Below, piece by piece: positions 11,866-20,526 of a stretch of DNA of 32,000 nucleotides; positions within the stretch are counted from its first letter, which is position 1; each line of letters starts with the position of its first letter. The stretch comes from Clostridia bacterium (GTDB lineage Bacteria > Bacillota > Clostridia > UMGS1810), in contig JAZQDA010000102.1 in the NCBI GenBank assembly GCA_045546535.1, positions 7,587 to 39,586 on the forward strand, written 5' to 3'. The position numbers and the translations under genes are program-made. The notes beneath the pieces are model-generated. The model made no database searches, was not told the origin of the DNA, and saw only the letters and a program-made list of their open reading frames with translations.

Positions 11866-12132
11866 ACTTTCACGCCTCCTGTCTTCATTATAATTCATTT
11901 TAGCATTTTTTTAAAAAAAAGTCAACAATAACTCTCTTTGCAAAACGCCCCGTTTTCGTATGTTTTTTCACGCAGACAAAGGCTTAAACACAAGAGAAAA
12001 GGCACTTGTGTGCTGTTTTGTTTTTGCCGGTGTTTATAAAAACAGCAAACCGCTTTTCGTATAAAATATAATCAGGGTAACAAAAGGCAGATAAGCAGAT
12101 ATTAACGCATCTGTTTATGTAAAGGAGGAAGT

Positions 12133-13845
12133 ATGAAAGAATCAGAAAACAAAAAACTTTTTCCCATAACGGAAGAAGATGTGCAAAATGCTGCACAGAT
12201 ACTCAGAAAATATAAGCAGGGTAAATCAAATCTTGAGAAAAGGATAATAGAAAACGAAAGATGGTGGAAACTTCAGCACTGGTCAATGATTGGAAAATCC
12301 AATCCGACCGACCCTGAACCTGCGTCTGCATGGCTTTTTAACTGCCTTGCCAATAAACACGCAGACGCTATGGATAATTTCCCCACCCCGTGCGTTTTGC
12401 CCCGTGAAGAAAGGGACTTTAAAAGCGCGGGAATTCTTTCCGAGGTTCTTCCCGTAATCCTTGAGTACAATGATTTTGAAAAGACATATTCGGACGTATG
12501 GTGGTACAAACTCAAAACAGGCACGGGATGCTACGGGGTATTCTGGAATAACTCTCTTCGCTCAGGGCTTGGCGATATCGACATAAAACAGATTGATATT
12601 TTAAATATGTTCTGGGAAAGCGGAATCAAAGATATTCAGGACAGCCGTAATGTCTTTGTTGTCGAACTCGAATCTAACGATGTGATAACAGAGAAGTATC
12701 CTCAAACCTATGGCAGACTTTCGGGTTCAACTCTTGATGTGGCAAGGTATATTTATGATGACACAGTAGACACCGAAGACAAAAGCGCAGTTGTTGACTG
12801 GTACTATAAAAAAAGAGTGGGAAACCGCGAGATTGTGCATTACTGCAAGTTTGTAAACGACATCATTCTCTATTCTTCAGAAAATGACCCTCTTCTTTTT
12901 ACAAGAGGTTTTTACGACCACGGAAAATATCCCTTTGTCTTTGACATTCTCTTTGCCGAAGAAGGAACGCCTTGCGGATTCGGTTATGTAGATGTGATGA
13001 AAAATGCACAGATGTATATTGATAAACTCAATCAGATTATTCTCAAAAACGCCCTTCAATCAGGAAGACGCCGTTTCTTTATCTCTGACAATGCAGGGAT
13101 AAACGAAGAAGAATTTGCCGACTGGTCAAAAGAGTTTGTCCACACCGCAGGAAGTCTTGACGAAAGAAATATAAGGGAAATTCAGGTGTCCCAACTTGAC
13201 GGAAGCGTTGTAGGGCTACTCAATCAAAAAATTGAAGAACTGAAAGAAACTTCAGGAACGCGTGATGTTATGCAGGGCGGAACAGCGGCAGGTGTAACAG
13301 CGGCAAGTGCTATTGCCGCACTTCAGGAACAAGGATCAAAACTTTCAAGGGATATGATAAAAAGTTCCTACAGAGCATTTAGAAAGATAAACTGCTTTGT
13401 AATTGAACTCATACGCCAGTTCTACGATGAACCCAGATGCTTCAGAATAAGCGGAGCACAGTTTTCAAGCATTTCAAAAGGTTCACTCTTTGAAAATTCT
13501 TCACTTTTCGGAGAGCCGATTTTCGACATAGTTGTTTCAAGCGAAAAAGAAAACCCGTTTTCGACTTCAGCGCAAAACGAACTTGCAAAAGAACTCTATA
13601 ACCTTGGTATGTTCAATCCCGAAATGGCAAATCAGGCTTTGGCGTGTCTTGAAATGATGAACTTTGACGGCAAAGAAAAAGTCATGAAAATAATAAAGGA
13701 AAACGCATCGGCAGTTATAACCGAAAATGTCCCGGCTAAAGAAATTAAAGATGGAGAGAATGAGTCTGATATCATAACGGCATACCGCAAAAACCTTCCG
13801 GGCAAAACAACGCTTGAAGAGGCTAAAAGGAGGCTTGGAATATGA
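12133..13845 (+). CDS. Phage portal protein
   Basis: 570 aa with an AAAGGAGG RBS. The size, the N-terminal helical stretch (ILRKYKQGKSNLEKRIIENERWWKLQHW), the central GFYDHGKYPFVF / GFGYVDVM region and the glycine/alanine-rich TSGTRDVMQGGTAAGVTAASAIAALQEQGSKL tunnel-loop-like segment are typical of portals. First gene of the operon. Confidence 0.75.
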   Translation: MKESENKKLFPITEEDVQNAAQILRKYKQGKSNLEKRIIENERWWKLQHWSMIGKSNPTDPEPASAWLFNCLANKHADAMDNFPTPCVLPREERDFKSAGILSEVLPVILEYNDFEKTYSDVWWYKLKTGTGCYGVFWNNSLRSGLGDIDIKQIDILNMFWESGIKDIQDSRNVFVVELESNDVITEKYPQTYGRLSGSTLDVARYIYDDTVDTEDKSAVVDWYYKKRVGNREIVHYCKFVNDIILYSSENDPLLFTRGFYDHGKYPFVFDILFAEEGTPCGFGYVDVMKNAQMYIDKLNQIILKNALQSGRRRFFISDNAGINEEEFADWSKEFVHTAGSLDERNIREIQVSQLDGSVVGLLNQKIEELKETSGTRDVMQGGTAAGVTAASAIAALQEQGSKLSRDMIKSSYRAFRKINCFVIELIRQFYDEPRCFRISGAQFSSISKGSLFENSSLFGEPIFDIVVSSEKENPFSTSAQNELAKELYNLGMFNPEMANQALACLEMMNFDGKEKVMKIIKENASAVITENVPAKEIKDGENESDIITAYRKNLPGKTTLEEAKRRLGI

Positions 13846-14168
13846 CGCAGATTTCAAGGGAAGAAACAAAAGACAAATTATGCCTTACGGTACTTGGGCA
13901 CTGCGACGCAGGAAGAATAAACGGTCTTGACCTTTGTTGCTGTGCGGTTTCAATGCTGGTATTCACTCTTATGGAATCACTTAAAAAACTAAACCTTTCC
14001 TCTCCTGAAATTTCCTATGGCGGAGGCTGGTGTCTTGTGCGTTTTTCAAACAAAAGCAAAGACTACGAAAAGGCAAAAATTATAACAGATACTGTAATGA
14101 CGGGGTTTCTACTACTTGAAAAATCATATCCGTCGAGTGTCTGCATTTTAAAGGAGGCAGAAAAATGA
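13842..14168 (+). CDS. Prp-family (DUF464, ribosomal-processing-type) cysteine protease, phage-borne paralogue
   Basis: 108 aa. LTVLGHCDAGRINGLDLCCCAVSMLVFTL reproduces the Prp GH...D.VCAAVS His/Cys dyad context. The C-terminal ITDTVMTGFLLLEKSYPSSVCI parallels the Prp C-terminal helix/strand. ATGA overlap with the portal stop. Confidence 0.75.
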   Translation: MTQISREETKDKLCLTVLGHCDAGRINGLDLCCCAVSMLVFTLMESLKKLNLSSPEISYGGGWCLVRFSNKSKDYEKAKIITDTVMTGFLLLEKSYPSSVCILKEAEK

Positions 14169-15178
14169 GCGAAGTTAAAGACGGATACTGTATTATTGAC
14201 GCTATGAGCGGAATGGAAGATGCTCATGTTCAGACAAGTCAGTTTACAGATAATTTTGATAAAATCAAATTCCTTTTGGGCAAAAACTTTGATGACTACA
14301 CAATGATGATTATAACCGATATAAGCGGTCACGTGGAAGTTATACATACCGACGGGGCATCTCTTATAAAAGAAACGGACGAATCGGGCGAAACAAGTCT
14401 TTTATGGAATCTTGGCGTAAATGTTACTTCACAGACGGGAGTTGTGATATATCAGATTGCTGCCTATAAAAAAAGTGGCGACACTATTGAAAAAACCTGG
14501 TATTCCAAAGAGGGAAGACTTATAGTAACTGAGAGCATAAGCACAAATGAATACAGTGCAAACCTTTTGGGTGCATATCCAAATCTTCTCACAAGACTTT
14601 TAGCAGAGGCTGAAGATATAAAAACCGAACTTGACAAGGTGAATTTTGACAAGGTTTCAAAAGAAGAGGGAAAAGGGCTTTCGCATAACGACTATACTGA
14701 TGAAGAAAAAGAAAAACTTTTATCTGTTTCAGTCGGCGCCGAGGTAAATGTTCAGCCTGACTGGGCAGAGTCAGATGATGAGAGCGATGCCTTTATAAAA
14801 AATAAACCAACTCTTTCAAAAGTGAGTTTTTCAGGGTCTTTTTCTGACCTCAAAGATAAGCCCGTAATTGATACAGAGTTTAAAAATAACAGTCAAAATG
14901 CCCAGAGCGGAATTGCGGTGGCACAGGCGATTGCAGATATGGTAAACTCTGCTCCCGAAACTTTAGATACTCTTTCAGAACTTGCAAAAGCACTCGGCAA
15001 CGACCCGAATTTTGCAACAACCATTATGAACTTAATGGGCAAAAAGTCAGATAAAACCGAAACTGAAAATCTCATAGACGGCGTGACAGAAGAAATGAAC
15101 ACAAAAATCGGCGACATCGAAACTGCACTTGACCAAATACTTAAACTTGATAACGAACTTCTGGGGGTGAGTGAATGA
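14165..15178 (+). CDS. Tail fibre protein with BppU_N-like N-terminal domain
   Basis: The N-terminal ~120 aa resemble the BppU N domain (GVVIYQIAAYKKSGDTIEKTWYSKEGRLIVTESI). Classic fibre motifs are present: NVQPDWAESDDESDAFIKNKP and APETLDTLSELAKALGNDPNFA. Coiled-coil C-terminus. ATGA coupling at both ends. Confidence 0.8.
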   Translation: MSEVKDGYCIIDAMSGMEDAHVQTSQFTDNFDKIKFLLGKNFDDYTMMIITDISGHVEVIHTDGASLIKETDESGETSLLWNLGVNVTSQTGVVIYQIAAYKKSGDTIEKTWYSKEGRLIVTESISTNEYSANLLGAYPNLLTRLLAEAEDIKTELDKVNFDKVSKEEGKGLSHNDYTDEEKEKLLSVSVGAEVNVQPDWAESDDESDAFIKNKPTLSKVSFSGSFSDLKDKPVIDTEFKNNSQNAQSGIAVAQAIADMVNSAPETLDTLSELAKALGNDPNFATTIMNLMGKKSDKTETENLIDGVTEEMNTKIGDIETALDQILKLDNELLGVSE

Positions 15179-16533
15179 ACCTTTCAGAAAAACTCATAAC
15201 AATTGCAGATAACCGAAAAAAATTATATGAATCGGGTAAAAATTCAATGGTTGACCCTGAAAAAATCATATTCAAAACGGAATCTGGCAGACTCTTTTCA
15301 ATGAATGATGTATCTGAAATTGCGCACGATGTCAATATAAAAACCGAAAACGGCGCAAATGTTACTGTGTGCGCAAGAAACTTATTCAGAGAAGATTTGA
15401 TGGAGGGTACAACCAGCGTAAATGGTATTACTTGTGAGTATGAGGGCGATGGAATTTTCCATATATATGGTTCGTATGAAAATGCAGCAACAACGCATAA
15501 AGACTTCTATATTCACGCAAAAACATTAAATATACCGATAGATGTGAACTCGTCTTACTCTGTTTATTCAAAAATTATTGAAGGTGACACTTCGAATAAT
15601 ACTTATTCTTATTTATTAACAAGTAACGGAACGCAAACAAAGAATTGGATTTGTGCGACTGTAAAACCATCAACAGAAGTTGGAAGCACGGTTGTTACGT
15701 CTGGCAAAGGCGGATTGTATCAGACAGATGCAAAAAGATTAGAACGATTTCATTTTTATATCAGAGTCGAAGCAAATTCAACGCTGAATGTAAATATCAG
15801 GATTCAGGTTTGGTTATCGAAAGGCAGTTTGCCCGATTACGAAAAATATATCGGTACAACTTACACGGCAGACGCCGATGGTAATGTTTACGGAGTAAAA
15901 TCCTTATCACCTTATATGAATATATACACTTCTTCTGATGAAGATATGGTTGTTTCCTATCACAAGTCATATGGTATGCAGACTGAACGTGAAAGGTTTT
16001 GGGAAACATTTCAAAACAAAGGAACCAGAAACCAATATCCTTATGCTTTTTATGGTTCTTGGTGGACAGATAATATATACAATCCTATATATAATATTGT
16101 ACATAGCGATGGTGTTTCAGTTTTTCAAAATTCAAGCATTACCGACACAAAGGTAACAATCGATTTGAGCAATTTTTCGGGCAGTATGACTGCAATGTTC
16201 AGCGGTTGCCGTGCACTTAAAAAAATAAGAAAACTGATTGTTCATGAAGCGCTCGGATATGAAAGGTGTTTTGTAAACGCTGATAAACTCACAGACGTTG
16301 AATTTGAAGGAGTTATCGGCAAAAGCATAAGTTTTGCCCAGTCCCCGCTAGGTATTGAAAGTCTTAGAAATATAATACTTCATCTTAAAGACTACAGCGG
16401 AGGAAGCACAGAAACACATATTCTCACTTTAAAAGATGGGTGCAAAACTCTTTTAGAAGAGAATGGAAACACATCGCCGAACGGGAACCTTTGGACAGAA
16501 TATGTTTCTGACCTTGGCTGGACTCTTGCATAG
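15175..16533 (+). CDS. Receptor-binding-like tail protein with C-terminal BspA-type leucine-rich repeats
   Basis: The N-terminus LSEKLITIADNRKKLYESGKN is typical of prophage fibre-associated proteins. The C-terminal FSGCRALKKI / CFVNADKLTDVEF repeats are LRR-like. Location directly after the fibre gene. Confidence 0.6.
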   Translation: MNLSEKLITIADNRKKLYESGKNSMVDPEKIIFKTESGRLFSMNDVSEIAHDVNIKTENGANVTVCARNLFREDLMEGTTSVNGITCEYEGDGIFHIYGSYENAATTHKDFYIHAKTLNIPIDVNSSYSVYSKIIEGDTSNNTYSYLLTSNGTQTKNWICATVKPSTEVGSTVVTSGKGGLYQTDAKRLERFHFYIRVEANSTLNVNIRIQVWLSKGSLPDYEKYIGTTYTADADGNVYGVKSLSPYMNIYTSSDEDMVVSYHKSYGMQTERERFWETFQNKGTRNQYPYAFYGSWWTDNIYNPIYNIVHSDGVSVFQNSSITDTKVTIDLSNFSGSMTAMFSGCRALKKIRKLIVHEALGYERCFVNADKLTDVEFEGVIGKSISFAQSPLGIESLRNIILHLKDYSGGSTETHILTLKDGCKTLLEENGNTSPNGNLWTEYVSDLGWTLA

Positions 16534-16546
16534 AAAGGAGAATTTT

Positions 16547-16831
16547 ATGTATACAGATATTGAAACTTTAATAGAAAATGCAACAATGAAAAAATATTTT
16601 AATGGTGACGGCAAATTCACAGCGTACATAATTGAGCCTTACCCTGACTTTATGCTCCATATAAACTCAAGGGACGAGATTGTTTTTGACCCTCAGACCG
16701 ATATGGCGACAGGTGAGATAATAAAAGGTTACACAAAAGGCGAAGTGAGACTTTGCGCCGATTATGATTTTTCAGTAAATCCTCTTGATATTTATGCAGT
16801 CCCGACAGTTTGTGAGGAGGAAAAGATTTGA
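16547..16831 (+). CDS. Hypothetical phage protein (94 aa)
   Basis: ATG at 16547 with an AAAGGAG RBS. Its stop overlaps the next start (TTGA). No recognisable motif. Confidence 0.55.
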   Translation: MYTDIETLIENATMKKYFNGDGKFTAYIIEPYPDFMLHINSRDEIVFDPQTDMATGEIIKGYTKGEVRLCADYDFSVNPLDIYAVPTVCEEEKI

Positions 16832-17136
16832 AAAACATTTTAGACTACATAATTTATGCATCAACAGTTATCGGTGCGATAGGGGCAGTGTTTTTGGCAC
16901 TCAGAAAATGTCTTTCATCTCTTTTTGACCCCATATGCAAAAAACTTAATTTTATGGACAAGCGTGAGTGCCGTCATTTTCTGGTAAGTTTTCTGTGCGA
17001 TGTAGAAAACGGAATCGAAAAAGACGAAGTTCAATGGAAACTTGCCCACGATACTTATGATTATTACAGAGATACTTTAAAGGAAAATTCATACGTTCAC
17101 GACAAATGGGAAAGGGTGGTAAATAATGAAGATTGA
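16828..17136 (+). CDS. N-terminally membrane-anchored small protein of the lysis cassette
   Basis: TTG start 7 nt after GAGGAGG. One TM helix (IIYASTVIGAIGAVFLAL) and a soluble tail. Located directly upstream of the holin. Confidence 0.55.
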   Translation: MKNILDYIIYASTVIGAIGAVFLALRKCLSSLFDPICKKLNFMDKRECRHFLVSFLCDVENGIEKDEVQWKLAHDTYDYYRDTLKENSYVHDKWERVVNNED

Positions 17137-17440
17137 TATAAGTTTAGTTTCTTTAATTGTTGCTCTTCTTGGCTTCGGAGTCAACATAATTGTTCAGATT
17201 ACAAAAGAATTTATGCCGATTCCTACAAAACTCTGGACAATTATAGTTTCAGCATCGCTTTGCATCATATGTTACATATCGGGTGTAAGCGAGGGCTTTT
17301 TTGAGGCGGGAATATCGGGGGCGCTTGGGTGTATTGTTTCGTCTTTTTTCATCGCATACTGCGCGATGTACGGCTTTGATACATTCTCAGAACTTTTTGA
17401 AAGATTTAAAGGCGGTGAAAATATAAATGACGATAACTGA
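17126..17440 (+). CDS. Putative holin
   Basis: 104 aa with three predicted TM helices and a charged C-terminal tail (FKGGENINDDN). GGGTGGT RBS. Immediately precedes the amidase and overlaps it. Confidence 0.7.
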   Translation: MKIDISLVSLIVALLGFGVNIIVQITKEFMPIPTKLWTIIVSASLCIICYISGVSEGFFEAGISGALGCIVSSFFIAYCAMYGFDTFSELFERFKGGENINDDN

Positions 17441-18158
17441 AAAATATTATAATTTTTCTTCGCCTCTTGAGAAAAGAAAAAACACCGATTTTATAATACT
17501 TCATCACGCTGCGGCAAAGGTGTGCAGCGCAGATGATATTCACAGAATCCACCAGAGCAACGGGTGGTCGGGCATAGGCTATCACTATTTTGTGAGAAAG
17601 GACGGCAGAGTCTTCCAGGGGCGTCCCGTAGGGGAAATCGGCGCTCACTGTATAGGCAAAAACTCTGAGAGCGTCGGAGTATGCTTTGAGGGTAATTTCG
17701 AAAAAGAAGAAATGCCGGTCACGCAGTTTGAAGCAGGAAAAGAACTTATAGCCTACCTTAAAGGCATATACAAAAATGCAAAAGTGAAAAAACATTCGGA
17801 CTTTAACGCAACCGTATGTCCCGGGGAAAATTTCCCTTTTGATAAAATATCTTCACTGGTGTATGAAGACGAATCTGACATCATAAGCATTCTTTCCAGA
17901 AGGGGTATTATGACAGATATACCTCTGTGGAAAGAAAAATGCAAGGGAAAGACAAATGCCTACTATCTTGCAAAAAACATAGCCAATAAAACAACTGATA
18001 CCAAATTGAGAGAAAAGCCTCTGGAAAGTGTAAATGATATTGTGTGGGAACTTTGTGAGAGAAAAATAATAACCGACAAAAATCTTTGGCTTTCTCTTTT
18101 TGAAAAGGACAAAAACCTTTACTGGCTTGGGTTTAAGGCAGTAAATCAGACGAAATGA
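17427..18158 (+). CDS. N-acetylmuramoyl-L-alanine amidase endolysin (Amidase_2/PGRP fold) with C-terminal wall-binding-like domain
   Basis: ILHHAA, GWSGIGYHYFVRKDGRVFQGRP, GAHCIGKNSESVGVCFEGNF and VCPGENFP are the T7-lysozyme-type zinc amidase motifs. Confidence 0.9.
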   Translation: MTITEKYYNFSSPLEKRKNTDFIILHHAAAKVCSADDIHRIHQSNGWSGIGYHYFVRKDGRVFQGRPVGEIGAHCIGKNSESVGVCFEGNFEKEEMPVTQFEAGKELIAYLKGIYKNAKVKKHSDFNATVCPGENFPFDKISSLVYEDESDIISILSRRGIMTDIPLWKEKCKGKTNAYYLAKNIANKTTDTKLREKPLESVNDIVWELCERKIITDKNLWLSLFEKDKNLYWLGFKAVNQTK

Positions 18159-18167
18159 GGCGAGATT

Positions 18168-18344
18168 ATGCAACTAAAAACAGACAGGATAAATTTTGAC
18201 GGAACTGACTCTGAAAAAATAAACCGTCTTATAAACTATACTGAAACTTTGAGAGATGAGATTGATTTCAGGCTCTCATCGCTCAAAGAAAAGCAGGACG
18301 CAATATATGAAATACTAAGAAAGATACAGGGAGGTGCAAAATGA
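18168..18344 (+). CDS. Small coiled-coil phage protein (58 aa, below the ORF-track cutoff)
   Basis: ATG at 18168 lies 7 nt after GAGG. Translation: MQLKTDRINFDGTDSEKINRLINYTETLRDEIDFRLSSLKEKQDAIYEILRKIQGGAK. The stop overlaps the next start as ATGA. Confidence 0.55.
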   Translation: MQLKTDRINFDGTDSEKINRLINYTETLRDEIDFRLSSLKEKQDAIYEILRKIQGGAK

Positions 18345-18697
18345 GGATAACAGATGTTATAACTCAGTGTGACAGGATAAAACCGAATGAATATACATAT
18401 GACGATAAAAGACGGTGGGTTGAAAAAGTCGAAACTGATATCAGACGCTTTGCAGACAGGTTTTCACTCGAAAAAGCAGATATGAGTTTCAAAAAGGAAG
18501 AAGACCCCCAACTTTTTCTCGGCACAGAGTATATGGATATTTACATTTATTATCTTATATCTATGATAGACCTTTCCAATCAGGAATATGCCCTCTACAA
18601 CAACAGTTCTGCATTTTTCAATTCACTTTTTTTAAAATGGCAGAAAAATCACAGAAGAGAAAATATCCCTGAAAAATCAGCGCAAATTAAAGTATAA
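18341..18697 (+). CDS. Hypothetical phage structural protein, possible head-tail adaptor (positional guess only)
   Basis: 118 aa. Sits directly before the nozzle-like gene, in the position of a podovirus adaptor. Motif YYLISMIDLSNQEYALYNNSSAFFNSLF. Confidence 0.5.
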   Translation: MRITDVITQCDRIKPNEYTYDDKRRWVEKVETDIRRFADRFSLEKADMSFKKEEDPQLFLGTEYMDIYIYYLISMIDLSNQEYALYNNSSAFFNSLFLKWQKNHRRENIPEKSAQIKV

Positions 18698-18709
18698 GGA
18701 GGTGGAAAA

Positions 18710-20512
18710 ATGCTTCCTGTAATGAGGACAAATATAAATTTTTACGAAAAAGATATTAAAGTTTTCGGCGGTATAAACACACAGGAGAATTCTTCTCTGG
18801 GTCAACTTTTAATCAGTGAGAACATATCTTCACAAAATTATCCTTTTTTGTCTGCAAGGAAAAAGCGTACTATAGTTGCGCAAACCGACAAGATAATTAA
18901 CTCGGTGTGGGGATATGGCGGGATTATATATACCTCGCATAGTGAAGACGGCAAAAAAATATTTTTTACCTTTGGGGAGAAAGAGTATGAATTCACAACT
19001 TATTCATCGTCAAATGATTTTACTTTAAAGAGGAAATTTGCCTGTGTCAAAGATGCAATTTTGATAATCCCTGATAATGTCATATTTGACACAAGCAAAA
19101 AAACTTTCAAAAAAGCATCTTTTCAAAAAACGCAGACCCCCGATACTGCCAAAGCAAAATTCAAAACTGAAACAGGAGGAGCGTCAAATTCAGATGTATC
19201 TTTAAGTGAGTATGTAGGGAGAATATATGACAATAAGATAAGTGCAAGACAAATCTCTTATACTTATTCTGGTAACAGCCGTGTTTTCTACTTTGCATCA
19301 TTCCCTGATGAGTTAAAAGAAGGTGATGTTATTGAAATAAAAATGTCAGCATATGCAAATTCATATGAAAGTGCAACTCAATATCAGGAGTGTATGCTGA
19401 AATTAGCAGCAGGAACAACTGCCAAAATTAAAAGCATAACAAAGGTTTCGCACACAACTCCTTCGGGAAAAGTAACTGATAATACAGAACTTATCTTCGA
19501 GGACGGTGCGTTTGATACTAGCGGATGCGGGACAATATTTATAAAAAACATCACAGTTACGAGAAAACTGCCTGACTTAAAGCATATTTGTTCATTCCAG
19601 AACAGAGTCTGGGGAATATCAGGCAAAAGTGTGTATGCTTCAAAACTCGGCGACGCATCGGAATGGAACGATTTTACCATTGATGAATACGGAACTTTGC
19701 CATACGCTTCTTTTAATGCTGAAGCATCAACAGAGGGCGATTTTACTGCAATAGTGCCTTTTGGCAACTACATATATGCATTTAAGGAAAATTCTATAAA
19801 CAAAATCTACGGCGACTCACCCGATGAATATAAGTTCAATACTCAAGTTTGTCAGGGTGTAAGGACAGGGTCGGGCGAAAGCATGTGCATATGCGACGGA
19901 AGTTTAATATATCCGTCAAATGACGGAATATACCGTTACTACAGTGATTATCCGAGAAAAATCTCAGATGATGTCGGTGATTTGGGCGAGGTTTTATCGG
20001 GTGCTTCTACCGAGCGCTATTGCTATTTCCTTTGCCGAAAAGAAGACAGGCTTTGCCTTTGGGTATATGATATCAGATACGGCATATGGCATATGGAAAC
20101 CGCATCTGAAAAAAGCCTGATGCTCTTCTCTTACAAAAATAAAGTCTATCTTACATCGCAGACTCAAATTCTTTGCCTAACAGACGACTCTCTTTCAGAA
20201 AAAAATGAGAAGATGGTAAATTGGAAATTCCGTATGCGTATTGATGATAAGTTTTTCAATAAAAAAGGCTATGGCAAACTTATGGTCAGATATTCTCTTT
20301 CAAAAAATGCATCATTTACCGTCCGTGCATTTTATGATGACGGTGGGAGAGGTGCAATATGCGGAGCGTGTTATGACGAGGCAGAGTCAAGCCTTGCGAC
20401 AATTTCTCTGCCCATAAAAAGATGCAACTGGTTTGAACTTGAATTTTCAGGGTTTGGTGATTTTGTCCTGAAAGGCATTAAACTCAAGTTCTACCGCGGA
20501 AGCGAAATATAA
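18710..20512 (+). CDS. Podovirus nozzle / tail tubular protein B-like protein (T7 gp12-like pattern)
   Basis: 600 aa. The N-terminus KVFGGINTQENS...NYPFLSARKKR and the internal SFQNRVWGISGKSVYASK resemble, from memory, T7 gp12 GGISQQP...GLQKRP and FFRNRLGFLSG. Beta-propeller-like repeats (YIYAFKENSINKIYG, DGSLIYPSNDGIYRY). Confidence 0.6.
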   Translation: MLPVMRTNINFYEKDIKVFGGINTQENSSLGQLLISENISSQNYPFLSARKKRTIVAQTDKIINSVWGYGGIIYTSHSEDGKKIFFTFGEKEYEFTTYSSSNDFTLKRKFACVKDAILIIPDNVIFDTSKKTFKKASFQKTQTPDTAKAKFKTETGGASNSDVSLSEYVGRIYDNKISARQISYTYSGNSRVFYFASFPDELKEGDVIEIKMSAYANSYESATQYQECMLKLAAGTTAKIKSITKVSHTTPSGKVTDNTELIFEDGAFDTSGCGTIFIKNITVTRKLPDLKHICSFQNRVWGISGKSVYASKLGDASEWNDFTIDEYGTLPYASFNAEASTEGDFTAIVPFGNYIYAFKENSINKIYGDSPDEYKFNTQVCQGVRTGSGESMCICDGSLIYPSNDGIYRYYSDYPRKISDDVGDLGEVLSGASTERYCYFLCRKEDRLCLWVYDIRYGIWHMETASEKSLMLFSYKNKVYLTSQTQILCLTDDSLSEKNEKMVNWKFRMRIDDKFFNKKGYGKLMVRYSLSKNASFTVRAFYDDGGRGAICGACYDEAESSLATISLPIKRCNWFELEFSGFGDFVLKGIKLKFYRGSEI

Positions 20513-20526
20513 AGGAGATGATAAAA

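Noticed and set aside
17618-17641. GGGGCGTCCCGTAGGGGAAATCGG inside the amidase gene resembles the left arm of the 21490 element (GGGCGTCCTCACTTGGGGATGAATCGG)
   Set aside because: The match needs two gaps. It lies in codons for a conserved amidase segment (QGRPVGEIG), so it is most simply explained by coding constraint and chance. It could be revisited if the 191 bp element proves mobile.
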